DNA of 63,225 bases, filler included, from Nemertoderma westbladi (lineage: Eukaryota > Animalia > Xenacoelomorpha): NCBI GenBank assembly GCA_032718475.1. It is 3 parts of 3 records of this genome, joined end to end, with 100 filler letters (N's around TTAATTAATTAA, not from the genome) between each part and the next. Parts side by side here need not be neighbours in the genome. Positions count along the whole stretch, not along the records: positions 28,172 to 52,548 come from JAUCBJ010003553.1; positions 52,649 to 63,225 come from JAUCBJ010001056.1; 1 more part is not named here. The stretch is one strand, 5' to 3'. The notes under the pieces were generated by a model, which was not told the DNA's origin, made no database searches, and saw only the letters and a program-made list of their open reading frames with translations. Position numbers and translations under genes: made by a program. Shown piece after piece: positions 51,278-63,225 of the stretch (its first letter is position 1; every line of letters starts with the position of its first letter).

Positions 51278-52548
51278 AGTGGATTTCTGTGAAGCGATAT
51301 AAAACAACAGTAGAAAATATGAAAAATATCGAAAAATCCAACCAGAAATACCAGAAACCAGAAAATGTGTCACCTCATCTAAATCTAACAGAAAAATAAA
51401 TCACATTTTCGGTGGCACATAAACATAAATAAATATAATAGTAGATTATATTTTGGAGAATATAATATCTGTATGTGTTTGTGTGTCTACAAACAAACTA
51501 ACTTCACCAGTCGATCAGTGTTGTATAAACTATGCGTCGTTTCAATTCCAACTTTGTCATGTATTCCTGCTCCGCAGCGACCTGCGCATGTGGGCAAGGA
51601 AGATTGTATTCCACCAATAGCGGCAGCTCAAATACGATTCCTCATCCCGATTCCTGCAATCATGGAGAGCCTGCAGGTTCCTTGGAATGGAGTTCGTAAG
51701 CCCAATGTGACTGACTAGGCGACTAGGGATGGCATCTACCAATAGAAAGGGGATGGGGCAAACTGTGGCCTCTTACTACTACCAAACGCAGCATGTCACT
51801 GTCGACTCATAAACGTGAAAGCGTGAGACTGATTGCAAACTATAGAAAACAAGTATTGTTACTACTCCCATTATGTCAGAGGGCCCAGAAAATAAGGTCC
51901 TAATTAGTTAATTAGTTAAGGTACTTATTATTATTGTTATTGCAGATGAGGGTGGTGGAGGCGATGGCACTTTTGACGCAATCAAAACTCATCCCTATAT
52001 AATTCTCTAAAATTCAACCCATTATATAATAATATTAACTTGTATAGAATAGGTGAATCAGAGTTACAAATTGACCGGGGCATCATTAACTTTTACATTA
52101 GTAATACATAAGTTATTAAGATAAACCAGAACTTACTTTTGTAGTGGCATTTTCATTTCAGGTTCATGTCCACCTTTTGCGAGAACTGATATCGGAATGT
52201 TTAGACCGTTATGCTTCCAAAGTAGAGCTCACCAGTTGCAGTTCGACCCCAACTTGACAAAATTATCTTTGTTATCCTGTGATCAACACAAATTTTCACT
52301 TAATGTCATAAGAGGAGATAACTTCTTAACAAAACAATAAAATAACATAAAAAAAACAAGTAAAAGTAAAGTGTTCTACGGCATCGGTTTTCTTACCCAA
52401 GGATTACGCTATGTCTCACGTCTTATATGCAGTGCGTTGTCCTATAACTATACTCTACAGTGTAAAGAGGTAACTTGTACTCATTTAGCTACCATTTAAC
52501 GATGCAAGGCAGAAATGCGCCTTCAAGTAGTTCCTTCAAAGCATTCAT

Positions 52549-52648
52549 NNNNNNNNNNNNNNNNNNNNNNNNNNNNNNNNNNNNNNNNNNNNTTAATTAA
52601 TTAANNNNNNNNNNNNNNNNNNNNNNNNNNNNNNNNNNNNNNNNNNNN
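52549..52648. other. Assembly gap with artificial six-frame-stop spacer
   Basis: N44-TTAATTAATTAA-N44. Confidence 0.97.
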
Positions 52649-55600
52649 CAGGGAGCATGTCGGGGCTGAGTAAGTCGAAAAATCGATAGATGAAGGAAGT
52701 GTGGGAGCGATCGAGCAAGGAGAAGAATTCGTAGAGGATTACTGCAAGCGTTTTCCCCAAGTTATTCCCATGCTCAAACCTACGACTTCAGTGAAACCGA
52801 GTATAGTTGTAAAATCGAAGGAGATATCGCCCGTACAATCGACCCGGAGTAACAGGTTTGTTATGTCGGAGTCAATTCCAAATCCACGAGCGACGTCATC
52901 GCCAATTTTAGCAGGTAAGGTAAGTAGTCCACCTACAGTAAGTCGTAGTTTACTAGTAGGCAGAGACGAACCCATGTTTATGACAGTCAAACAGGTAAGT
53001 AAGCCGTTACCAGTTATACCTGTGACGTGCTGTGCGAACCCAGTGATTTACAGACCGACTGCGACTAAACCTGACTACTTTACTCGACCGTTTATACATT
53101 GTTCAATGAAACCTATAACTTCGCGGAAGGCTTGTGAGCCTACCGAACGACAAGCAAACCTTGTGGGTACCTAAAGAGGTGAGGTCTCTATAGGGGTGCA
53201 CACAGCAGGCGGCGGCGGACTCATGAGGGTCTGGGGCATGTTAAATTGTCGTTATAGTGCTAGGGAGTCACTGAAAGCCCTCGTGTCTAGCGAACCATGA
53301 ATCAATATGGTGCTGTGGTTCCATCTAGTCGGCCTGTTGCCGTACTGCCAGTCCTGTACACAGTAGGGGTGGTGGCATGGCGTGATTTGTGGTTCATGTG
53401 GGGTGAATTATGATTTGTATGTGGGAGATCAGTGGCAGTTTGCTTGGGGCTTGGATGGGTTCCTTTGGCCATCAGCTGTTCCGTTTTTTGGATACTATAT
53501 GTTATTGTCTCCATGTTCAGCTGATTGGTCTTTGGGATTTGTTTGGGTCTTTGAGCTTTCTGTTGCTGTGGGTACGTGGTACATGTGAGTGTATGTATGG
53601 CCACTGCGAGTGAGTATGGGAACCCTTGCCAGTTGGTCCAGATGCCACTGGTATTAGTAGGACCATATCTCTACTGCGCCCCAGCATACTTTGTGCACAC
53701 AAAGTTATTTTGCCCTGATGGCAAAATAAGGTACTCTCAACTTTTATGAGTCGATACAATTTTGTCCCCTCTGATTTGACACCGATTTTGTCTTTCCCAA
53801 CAATGGCATGGTATGTGTTCGATTTTGTGCTTACCGTTGTGTATTTGATATTGTGAACATCTGTTGAGTACACGTGTACAGTGACTGGTCCGCCACATGG
53901 GTGCGCCTCCGAGAGGAGCCCAGAAGGACGAAAGCGAGTACCCACAAGTTAGAACGGAACACACCGAAACCTACGACTTCATGGAAGGCTTGCGAGCCTA
54001 CCGAACGACGAAGGACCGTGGAAGTAGAACAAAGGCGAATGCGACCGAGGAGATCTACACGCCGTACGCGAACCCGCCAACCACCTTATCCGGACGACAG
54101 TGATTCATCTAGTGACTCAGAGTCGACGGAACGAGAAATATTCCGTACTGGAGCGGCGGATGATTACAAATGAGAAGAGAGATCGACAAATCCTTACATC
54201 GACAATCCTCCACGAGAAACACCCGTCCAGAAACCCGTATTGCAACCGACTGAGACGATTAGCAAAAACAGACTCGCCGAAATAATGCGACCTGTAACGG
54301 ACTGACTAACTAGACCACATCGACCACCACTTAGAGAACAGGAGACTAGACAAACTCCGAACCAATCCCATTAACCTATCCTACCGACGAACAACGCATG
54401 GATGGGAACGACTGGACGCCGTAACTGAACAGGGATTTTTGATCAGCGGACAGTTAGATTTAGTAAACGAGTTCGCAGCTAGACACGGATTGCCGGCACA
54501 ACCACCGAAGTTCTCTGGAAACACGAAACACTGGTGAGACTATGTGGAGTCCCAGATCGCTAAATGTGCCTTCACCTCGACGGAGAAGTTTAATTACATG
54601 CTCCAGGTTCTATCTGGTGAGCCGAAACGATTAGCGGAGACCTTTTTGGTATTCCGAATGCCTTCGAGTTGGCGTACGACCGCTTGTTTTCTATTTACGG
54701 CGGTAATGTAGCCATGGCTAAATCTATTATAGAAGACCTCTGTAGAGGCGGAAGTATTTCAAGACTGATCGATATTCTACGACTTGCGGACGTAATCAAA
54801 AACGCTATAGGGACTATAGGGACAACGCAAAGTGGCTTTTACCTGTGACGTAGAGGCCATGTTTCACCAGGTTAAAGATTTGGAGCGGGACAGGGACAGT
54901 TTAAGGTTTCTTTGGTACCCGGATGGAAATTTAGAACTTCCGCCAGAAACTTACCAAATGCAGGTAAGAGTTTTCGGGGCCCGGGACAGCCCTAACTGCA
55001 CCATGTACGCCCTAAAGCAAACAGCATTGGACAGACGAGACCGATTTGACCCAGAAGTAGTTCGGACAGTGGAACGGGATTTCTACGTGGATGACGGCCT
55101 CAAGAGTTGTGACACTCTGGAGCGTGCTACGACTGTAGCACACCAACTCCAAGATTGTCTCGTCGAGGGCGGATTTCACCTCACGAAGTTCGCTTTCAAT
55201 AAACCCGAACTAGTGAATTCATTTGACGAGACAGAATGGAGTGGAGGTGACTTAGATCTAGACTTAGAACCTCTACCTACGACCAAGGTATTAGGACTTA
55301 GTTGGGACCCGAACACCGACAATTTTAGGGTGCGAGTAAAGTCCAACGACCAGATTAGACCTCTCTCAAAGAGGACTTGTTTATCGACCATGAGTCAACT
55401 GTATGACCCACTGTGTTTCATTAGTCCAGTGATCCTACACGCTAGGATCATACTCCGCAGCATTTGGCAAGCCGGACTGGAATGGGATGATCCCATCCCA
55501 GAAAAGCTAGCTGAGCAATGGAAGGACTGGGAAGCCCAACTGAAGTTCCTACAAGACTATACGATACCTAGGGTATACTTTCTTTTACAGACCACCTTTC

Positions 55601-58600
55601 CTGCCGTCTTGGAGCTTCACAGCTTCAGCGACGCTAGTAAGGATGGACTGGGGGTTACTCTATACCTTCGATGACAAGTGACTTCGGACAGCTACGAAGT
55701 GTCTCTCATTACTTCAAGGGCGAAAACAATGCCATTAAAGTATATGACTGTACCTCGTGGAGAGCTTCAAGCCGGGACGATATCCACCGATATTGTCAGT
55801 CTAGTTCAACGCGAGCTGGAGGCTAACTTGAAGGTCACATATTGGACTGATGCGACGTTAGTACTTTGGTACATAAATAGCGAAACATTCAAGTTCAAGA
55901 CTTTCGTAGCCAACAGACGGGCTGAAATACTAGACTGGTCGCTCAAACAAGATTGGTGTCACTGTCCAGGGAAACTGAACCCAGCTGACATCGCGTCACA
56001 GGGGATGTTTCCATTGACTTTTGTAAACCGGACAATAAATCCTTTTGGCTTAGAGGACCTGACTTCCTACAACGACCATCTAACGAATGGCTACCGTTAT
56101 TTGATGCGACAACTAACACCATACTGGAGGGTGCCGAGATAAAAATCGACACTGTTGTCAAGTCGAAAGCGAAAGCCAAGGTCAAGAGGAAACAAGGATG
56201 GACAAAATCTGATAACCTGGACATTAGACCTGACATTATGCCAGACATCTCACCAGACACTCGACCAGACGTACCAACGAATCTTTCGCCAGAAAAACTT
56301 ATTATAAAAACAAATACCTCCGCACAAATTGTATCAGACCCAACTCAAATTACAGAAATATTCAACGAACACTTTTCAACCATTGGAACTAAACTCCAAA
56401 GTACCTTACCGACTTGCACAACCCGATCCCCCCTACGCCATATTTCAATTACTAGAATGAACTCTTTTACATTAACAGAAACATCTCCAATAGAATTACA
56501 ATACCGAATCCTCAACCTCAAATTAAACTGCAGTTCTAACGATCCGTTCCCCACCAAACTACTCCGACTTGCTGCCAAACCACTTTCCCAACACCTGTGC
56601 TACTTATTCAACCTTTCAATAAAGTACGGCTTTTTTCCCGATTCATTAAAAATTGCTAAAGTTATACCACTATTCAAATCAGACGATCCTACAGACCCGA
56701 ATAATTACCGTCCTATATCATTACTACCAGTACTAAGCAAAATTCTAGAACAATTAATTAATGAACAATTACAATCCTACTTAAACAAATACTCCATAAT
56801 TACAGAATCCCAATACGGCTTTAGACCAAAAACAACCACCTCTCACGCACTACTATCTATAACGGAAAAAATTAACTCTATGTTTGATTGCCATCATTCA
56901 ACATGCGCCTTATACATTGACCTTAAAAAGGCCTTTGATACCATAGACCACAAAATCCTTATTAATAAGCTTGAGACCTATGGTATCAGAGGCCTACCCC
57001 TTCAACTTATTTCTAGTTTCCTCTCTAATCGCAAACAATTTGTCTCCATCGACGGCATTAATTCAACTTTATTACCTATCATTTGTGGTGTCCCCCAGGG
57101 ATCGGTCCTCTCTCCCATACTATTTCTCATTTTTATTAATGACTTACCCAAAGCAACAAACTTACTTTGTACACTTTTCGCTGACGACACAACTCTACTC
57201 AACTCACATCGTGATATCCACTCATTAATATCTAGTACAAACAGTGAATTAACTAAAATCTACGACTGGTTACGTGACAATAAACTATTACTAAACCTGA
57301 AGAAAACTGAGTACACCATATTTACTAACCTTCCTATTCCTTCTACCACCAACAACAGATTACAACTAAAAATTAACAACACCGATATCAAACAGACAGA
57401 CAACACAAAATTACTTGGCATTTGGATAGATTCAAAACTAAAGTGGAAAACACATATAAATCAGGTACTCAAAAAAATTTCTAAATCCAGCGGTATTTTC
57501 TATAAACTTAGGCACATATTTCCTCTACATATACTCAGAACCCTCTACTTTTCACTGATCCATCCCTACGTTAATTATGGGATCCTGGTATGGGGTAGCA
57601 CCCATTCCACAACACTGAAACCACTACGTACAAAAATCAATAAACTTTTACGCTGTATTACATTTTCACACTACAGATCGTCATCAATTCCCATTTACAA
57701 ACAATTAAATATTTTACCACTTAACAAACTCTATGAACTATCAGTTTGCACCTTCATGTACGATATTTATTCGAAAACCATAAGCCCAAATTCCACCCTC
57801 GGTAAACTATTCCGAAAACGTTCTTCAGTCCACAACTACCCTACCCGCAGCGCCTCCCATGGCAACTTCTCAATACCACTATGTCACCTAACTTCCTCAC
57901 AGAGATCAGTGAGTTTTCGAGGACCCTCGATCTGGAATTCTGTGCCACTAGAGATACGCAATAAAAAATCAAAATCGTCTTTTACGTCAAACTTAAAAAA
58001 CCACTTATTTTCAGAGCTGTAACATTTACCGTTAATTTTAATTTTAATATTCAATCATACAAAAATAAAGGTAATAATCCCAATAAAAATTGAAACAGAA
58101 TTAAAATATATGCGAACCACAATATAGTTAAACTACTTGATTTACGTTACACAATACATACGTGTATGTGTTCGGTAATATATGCCTACATTCGAAATTT
58201 CAAAAGGACCAGGCACCCCCCCCCCCCCCCCCCCCCCCTCCCCCCTTTTGGTTCTGGCCACTACAGCAAGACGGCACTAGCCTGGCTATTAGTCTTCTGT
58301 GGTGGTCGTCTCACACTATAAATTTTTTTTTTCTTTTGTTTTTTAAATATTGGTTAAATTGTATTGTTTAATGTTGTTAATATGTATGTATGTAACCAGC
58401 AGAAAGAAATAAATATCAAGTATCAAGTATCAAGTATCAGACGTTCTGTGGGAGATTTCACCAGACATTTCGCCGGATTGTTCACCAGATGTTTCGCCAG
58501 ATTATTCGCCAGAAGCGACACCAGATTGTTTTCTGGATTATTCGCCAGACTGTTTAATGGAGCTCTCGACAGATTGTCTACCGGACGTCTCGCCAGACTT

Positions 58601-60600
58601 TCCACCAGACATCTCGACAGACTGTCCACTAGACTTTGGACCAGACATTCTGACAGAAACTACGCCAGACTTTCTTTGGGACAGACAACAGAACATTTCG
58701 CCGGAATTTCCGCCATATGTTTCACCAGACGTCTCACCAGACTGTTCGCCGGACACCTCACCAGACTGTCTACCAGACTTTCCACTAGACGACCCACCGG
58801 AAAGTAATGACGTGTGCTATAAAGCCGCAATGACACCATTGGAGCGGACTAGTACACACCCATTAGGTACTAACAACTTACCTATTTTGACTTCCTTGAA
58901 CCATGACGAAGGTGTGACAACAGCGGTCATACTCCGCTCAAGGAAAATACTTGACTTACAGCCTACGGCTAAATGTGTGACTAAGGTTAGGAGGCTTACA
59001 AGCCCACAGGAACACACTTATACAGTAGAGTTGAAGCCGTTACTGCCAGTCAATTCACTGAGTGCGGACGGTAAAGGTAAGACCGTGGAGATTGAAGTAC
59101 TTAAGGACTCAGACAAACCTATTGTACAAAGGGAGACACTCACCGGAAGGCCCGTGGGCCTACCAAGTCTGAACAAGTACCCACACTTTTACTATACCTT
59201 ACCTGATGACGTCACCAACACTTACGTTGACAGGATAGTAAATCTAACTAGATCATGGACTGAAGCGTGCCGCAAGTTAGCATGGCTCAAACATTTGAGA
59301 CAATATGCCAGAGGCAAACGCGACTTTCCTAGAAGACTTACCTTGGATGAAATTGGTATTTGTGAAGTTGATATTATAAAACATTATCAATTGCGATAAT
59401 TCGCACGAGAATTCACAGCGATCAATCAGGGTAACAGATCAAGTCTTCACCGATTTTGAGTTGGAGTCCAATAATCTATAAGGGCTTACTTTGTCACAAG
59501 TCCAGACTCCAAAACATTGACTTTGCACTAGACTTTAGGTATCCTATCATCATACCACATCACCACGAGTTACAGCGTGCTATGATACTGGACGCACACG
59601 TACGACTCAAACACGTAAGTAGGCATCACTGTCTATCACACTTACGCTCGAGGTTTGTACTAATTAGGCCTAGCAAGGCATTGAGTTCAGTGACACGTAA
59701 CTGTATTATTTGTAAGAAGGTGCACGCAAGGATAGGACACCAAGAGATGAGTGAACTACCATTAGCAAGGTTACAGGCATTTAGACCCCTTTTCACTGAG
59801 ACAGGTATAGACTCTTTTGGACCCATAATCTCGAAACGCGGAAGGGTAGAGGTAAAACGCTGGGGATTAATCTTCACTTGCATGGCCAGCAGAGCAGTCC
59901 ATATTGAACGTGTGACAGATTTAAACACCAACGCCTTTATCCTAGCCTTAAGGCGATATATTGCAAGACATGGATTGGTCAAATCCATTTATTGCGACCA
60001 AGGGACTAACTTTGTAGGTGCATGGAATGAAATCACTAGAGCCTTAAATAAATTTGACCAAATACAGATTTCCGATGAACTACGTCCTCACAATATTGTC
60101 TGGAGCTTTAACACTTCTGACAGTCCGTGGAGAGGCGGCGTTTGGGAAAGATTGATTGGGTCAATCAAGACGGCTATGGCGAAAGTAATACCGACGCAAC
60201 GCATATTAACAGACGACCAACTGATGACGTTGTTAATAGAAATCAAAGCGGTTTTGAACACTCGACCTATCGCTTTGATCCCAGACAACAACGACTCACA
60301 GTTTGCCTTGACACCAGCACACCTGCTTATGCAGGCGCCGACGACATTGTTCCCACTTCGGTACCTGTCGATAGTGACGGATACGGCAACAAAGCTGGTA
60401 TCTTAATACCCGATGTTTGAGATGAGGTGACCATGTTTTATTGGCTGAAACCAATTTGAAAAGACGGTTTTGGCTGACTGGAGTCATTTTGACCATGCAC
60501 CCGACATCAGGTGTAGTAAGGACAGTAACTGTACGGTCTATTGACGTACCGTAGATAGATAGGCCTGTACAACATCTCGTGCTCCTTGAGGAGACTAGAA
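52649..60600 (+). mobile_element. Decayed BEL/Pao LTR retrotransposon (gag remnants, RT, RNase H, integrase); LTRs not seen
   Basis: gag PPKFSG..EKFNYM..LSGE (~54500-54630); RT DVEAMFHQV, FGARDSP, FYVDD (54832-55674); RNase H LHSFSDASK, WTDAT, NPADIAS; integrase H..H..C..C, GIDSFGP, FTCMASRAVH, DQGTNF, PWRGGVWER (59456-60406); many stops. Confidence 0.9.
56294..58440 (+). mobile_element. 5'-truncated L2/Crack/Daphne-group LINE inserted in BEL pol
   Basis: Open RT ORF to 58022 (FNEHFSTIG, NYRPISLL, QYGFR, DLKKAFDT, GVPQGSVLSP, FADDT, WNS.P); 3' UTR stem-loop ~58255-58308; AATAAA followed by (TATCAAG)n tail ~58414-58440. Confidence 0.88.
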
Positions 60601-60671
60601 ACGAGACGGGAGACTACAAATCTCCACCCAATCTCAGTAAATAGAGATGTGGGACCCTTGATGATCGCCAC

Positions 60672-61560
<889 letters not shown>

Positions 61561-61593
61561 CATGACCTACTATAACTGTTATAGTAGGTCATG
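61561..61593. mobile_element. 33-bp perfect palindrome with 7-bp flanking duplication; putative P-superfamily transposon footprint
   Basis: CATGACCTACTATAAC-T-GTTATAGTAGGTCATG flanked by GGCGTAG (61554-61560 and 61594-61600). Confidence 0.6.
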
Positions 61594-63128
61594 GGCGTAG
61601 CCGCATAACTCTACTATCTAAGTTAAGTAGTGCAGATTCAGAAAAGTCATCTGGAGTTAGGTGGTGCCTGGGTGGGATAAATATTTCTCCATTTGACGCA
61701 ACACCGCCGCGGCCGCTATGGGGGAGGTGAATACCGCGGCCGCTCCTAAAGCCGCACGCCATCGCTAAGTATATAGATTAACTTGGGATTCTGGGGGACT
61801 TTTCGATGAAGGAACTGACCAATTTTTTTATTTTCGCACCAGGGGAGCGGCTCGGAATTCTAAGATATTAGCAACTCTAACATTAGCAAATCTATCCCCT
61901 CGACGGACACGGCGGACAAAAAACCGTCATTTTTTCGACAATTTAAAAAAATTTTTGAAAGGCGCTCTACAGTGGCTCGAAAAAACCCTAGGTTATTGCT
62001 TAACCGACGCCGGGGTACGATAGAAGGGATTAATTAGTGAATTCGTTTTTTTTTTCAAAAAAAGATTACCACGCCTTTTTCCTGAAATTGTCCGTCAAAG
62101 TTGAAAAAACGGACAAAATTGATTTGCGGGATCCGCTCTAACTCGGCTAATATTAATCGTACGGGGACGAAAGTAACGCGGTTGGAAAGGGGAAGAGTGG
62201 TACTACCTTGGTATCGAATGGGGGTAAGATATTTATTAATATTTCGGGTGGAAAAAGGGGCCGTAACTTTGTCCGTTTTTTCCATCTTTTTTACATAATT
62301 ATTATTTCCAAAATTTTTAATTCGACAACGCTAGTAGGAATCTGCCAATTATTTTTCGGAAAGCGTAGAAGACCACAGGGGCTACATTCCTATCGAATGG
62401 GGGTACAAAAAAGATGTAGGCAAAGGGGTCCAAAAAGGGCCAGAAAATGATAAAAAGTTTATAACTAACAACTTTTTTATTTTTGACTCTAGAAGGTTAA
62501 AGTACTTTTTATACGGTTAATATGGATACGGGGAATCCAAATATTCGATTGGTTTTGCCGCGCAAACGATATTTAAAAAATGAGGGCCCAAATTAAAATT
62601 TCACGCTTCAAACTCGCTTCGCGGGAACTCGTCTAGCTCGAAAAATACATAAGGTCTGGGAGACTTATTTAAACAGTCTTATAGAGCGTCAAATTATCTA
62701 TCTTTCAACGGTAGTTACAGCGCCATAGCTATTATATAAATGGAGCGGCAGACGATCGTGTGAAATATACTACTTATAAAAAAGGGACGAAAAAATTTTT
62801 TTTTAATAAATCGCCTATAAATTACATTATAATTTAACTTTTTGCGCCAAAAGTTCCTGTAAAATGTAGCAAATTAACTCCACTATCTTTTTTCTTAACA
62901 TTTATAATTAAAAAAACGTGTTTTAAGGGTCGAAAAATATCGCGTAATTTTGGCCCTTTTTTTATTTTTTTGGGGCCAAAAATAACCCTCTCAAAAGATA
63001 GAAAAAAAAATTGCGGCAAAGAATATACCAATTTTATTGAATTTGGAACACCAGAACCGAAGTTAGAGCGAATTTAGTCAAAAATTGAAAATATTTTTTT
63101 TTGCAAAAAATTAAGAATGGTCAATATT

Positions 63129-63182
63129 GGATTTCGAACCCGCGAACTTAGGTTTAACGTGATTGATAACCACTAGACTACG
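63129..63182 (-). other. tRNA-derived (Pol III A/B-box-like) remnant, probably a SINE head
   Basis: Minus strand has TAGTCTAGTGG (A-box-like) and GGGTTCGAAATCC (B-box-like); no full cloverleaf. Confidence 0.35.
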
Positions 63183-63225
63183 TGACCGAGAGAAAGCCGC
63201 GCCAATATTAGATTAAAACAACAAC

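Noticed and set aside
61700-63120. Probable further DNA transposon or Helentron-type remnant
   Set aside because: Termini and coding motifs could not be defined within the window

Overview
AT-rich eukaryotic (animal, probably invertebrate) genomic DNA from a scaffold with two artificial 100-bp gap spacers, dominated by nested transposable elements. Two host genes are supportable. One is a 3-coding-exon LHFPL/TMEM211(LHFPL7)-like tetraspan gene on the minus strand (51277-50856, 50362-50175, 33731-33457; 294 aa, splice phases consistent). The other is an intronless type II transmembrane fibrinogen-related (FReD) gene on the plus strand (46087-47229), nested in the first gene's 16.4-kb second intron. 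Mobile elements include: a Penelope-like (Neptune-type) retroelement with a variant minimal hammerhead ribozyme; a hATm-like transposase pseudogene split by a GC-rich CRE-clade LINE; a decayed RTEX-like LINE split by a Helentron/HINE-like element; a Merlin transposon containing a pogo/Fot-like DD35D+PHD transposon; several MITEs; a BEL/Pao retrotransposon split by an L2/Crack-group LINE; and four minisatellites. The most striking signals are (1) nine co-oriented CTCF-consensus motifs spaced about 146 bp apart inside the HINE-like element, three with the correctly spaced upstream module; (2) a 33-bp CATGA palindrome with a 7-bp TSD resembling a P-superfamily excision footprint; (3) the C3U/G8A hammerhead; (4) dispersed palindromes with a shared branched central hairpin; and (5) the nested membrane FReD with Tyr motifs. 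All family assignments come from motif recognition by eye; no searches were run.
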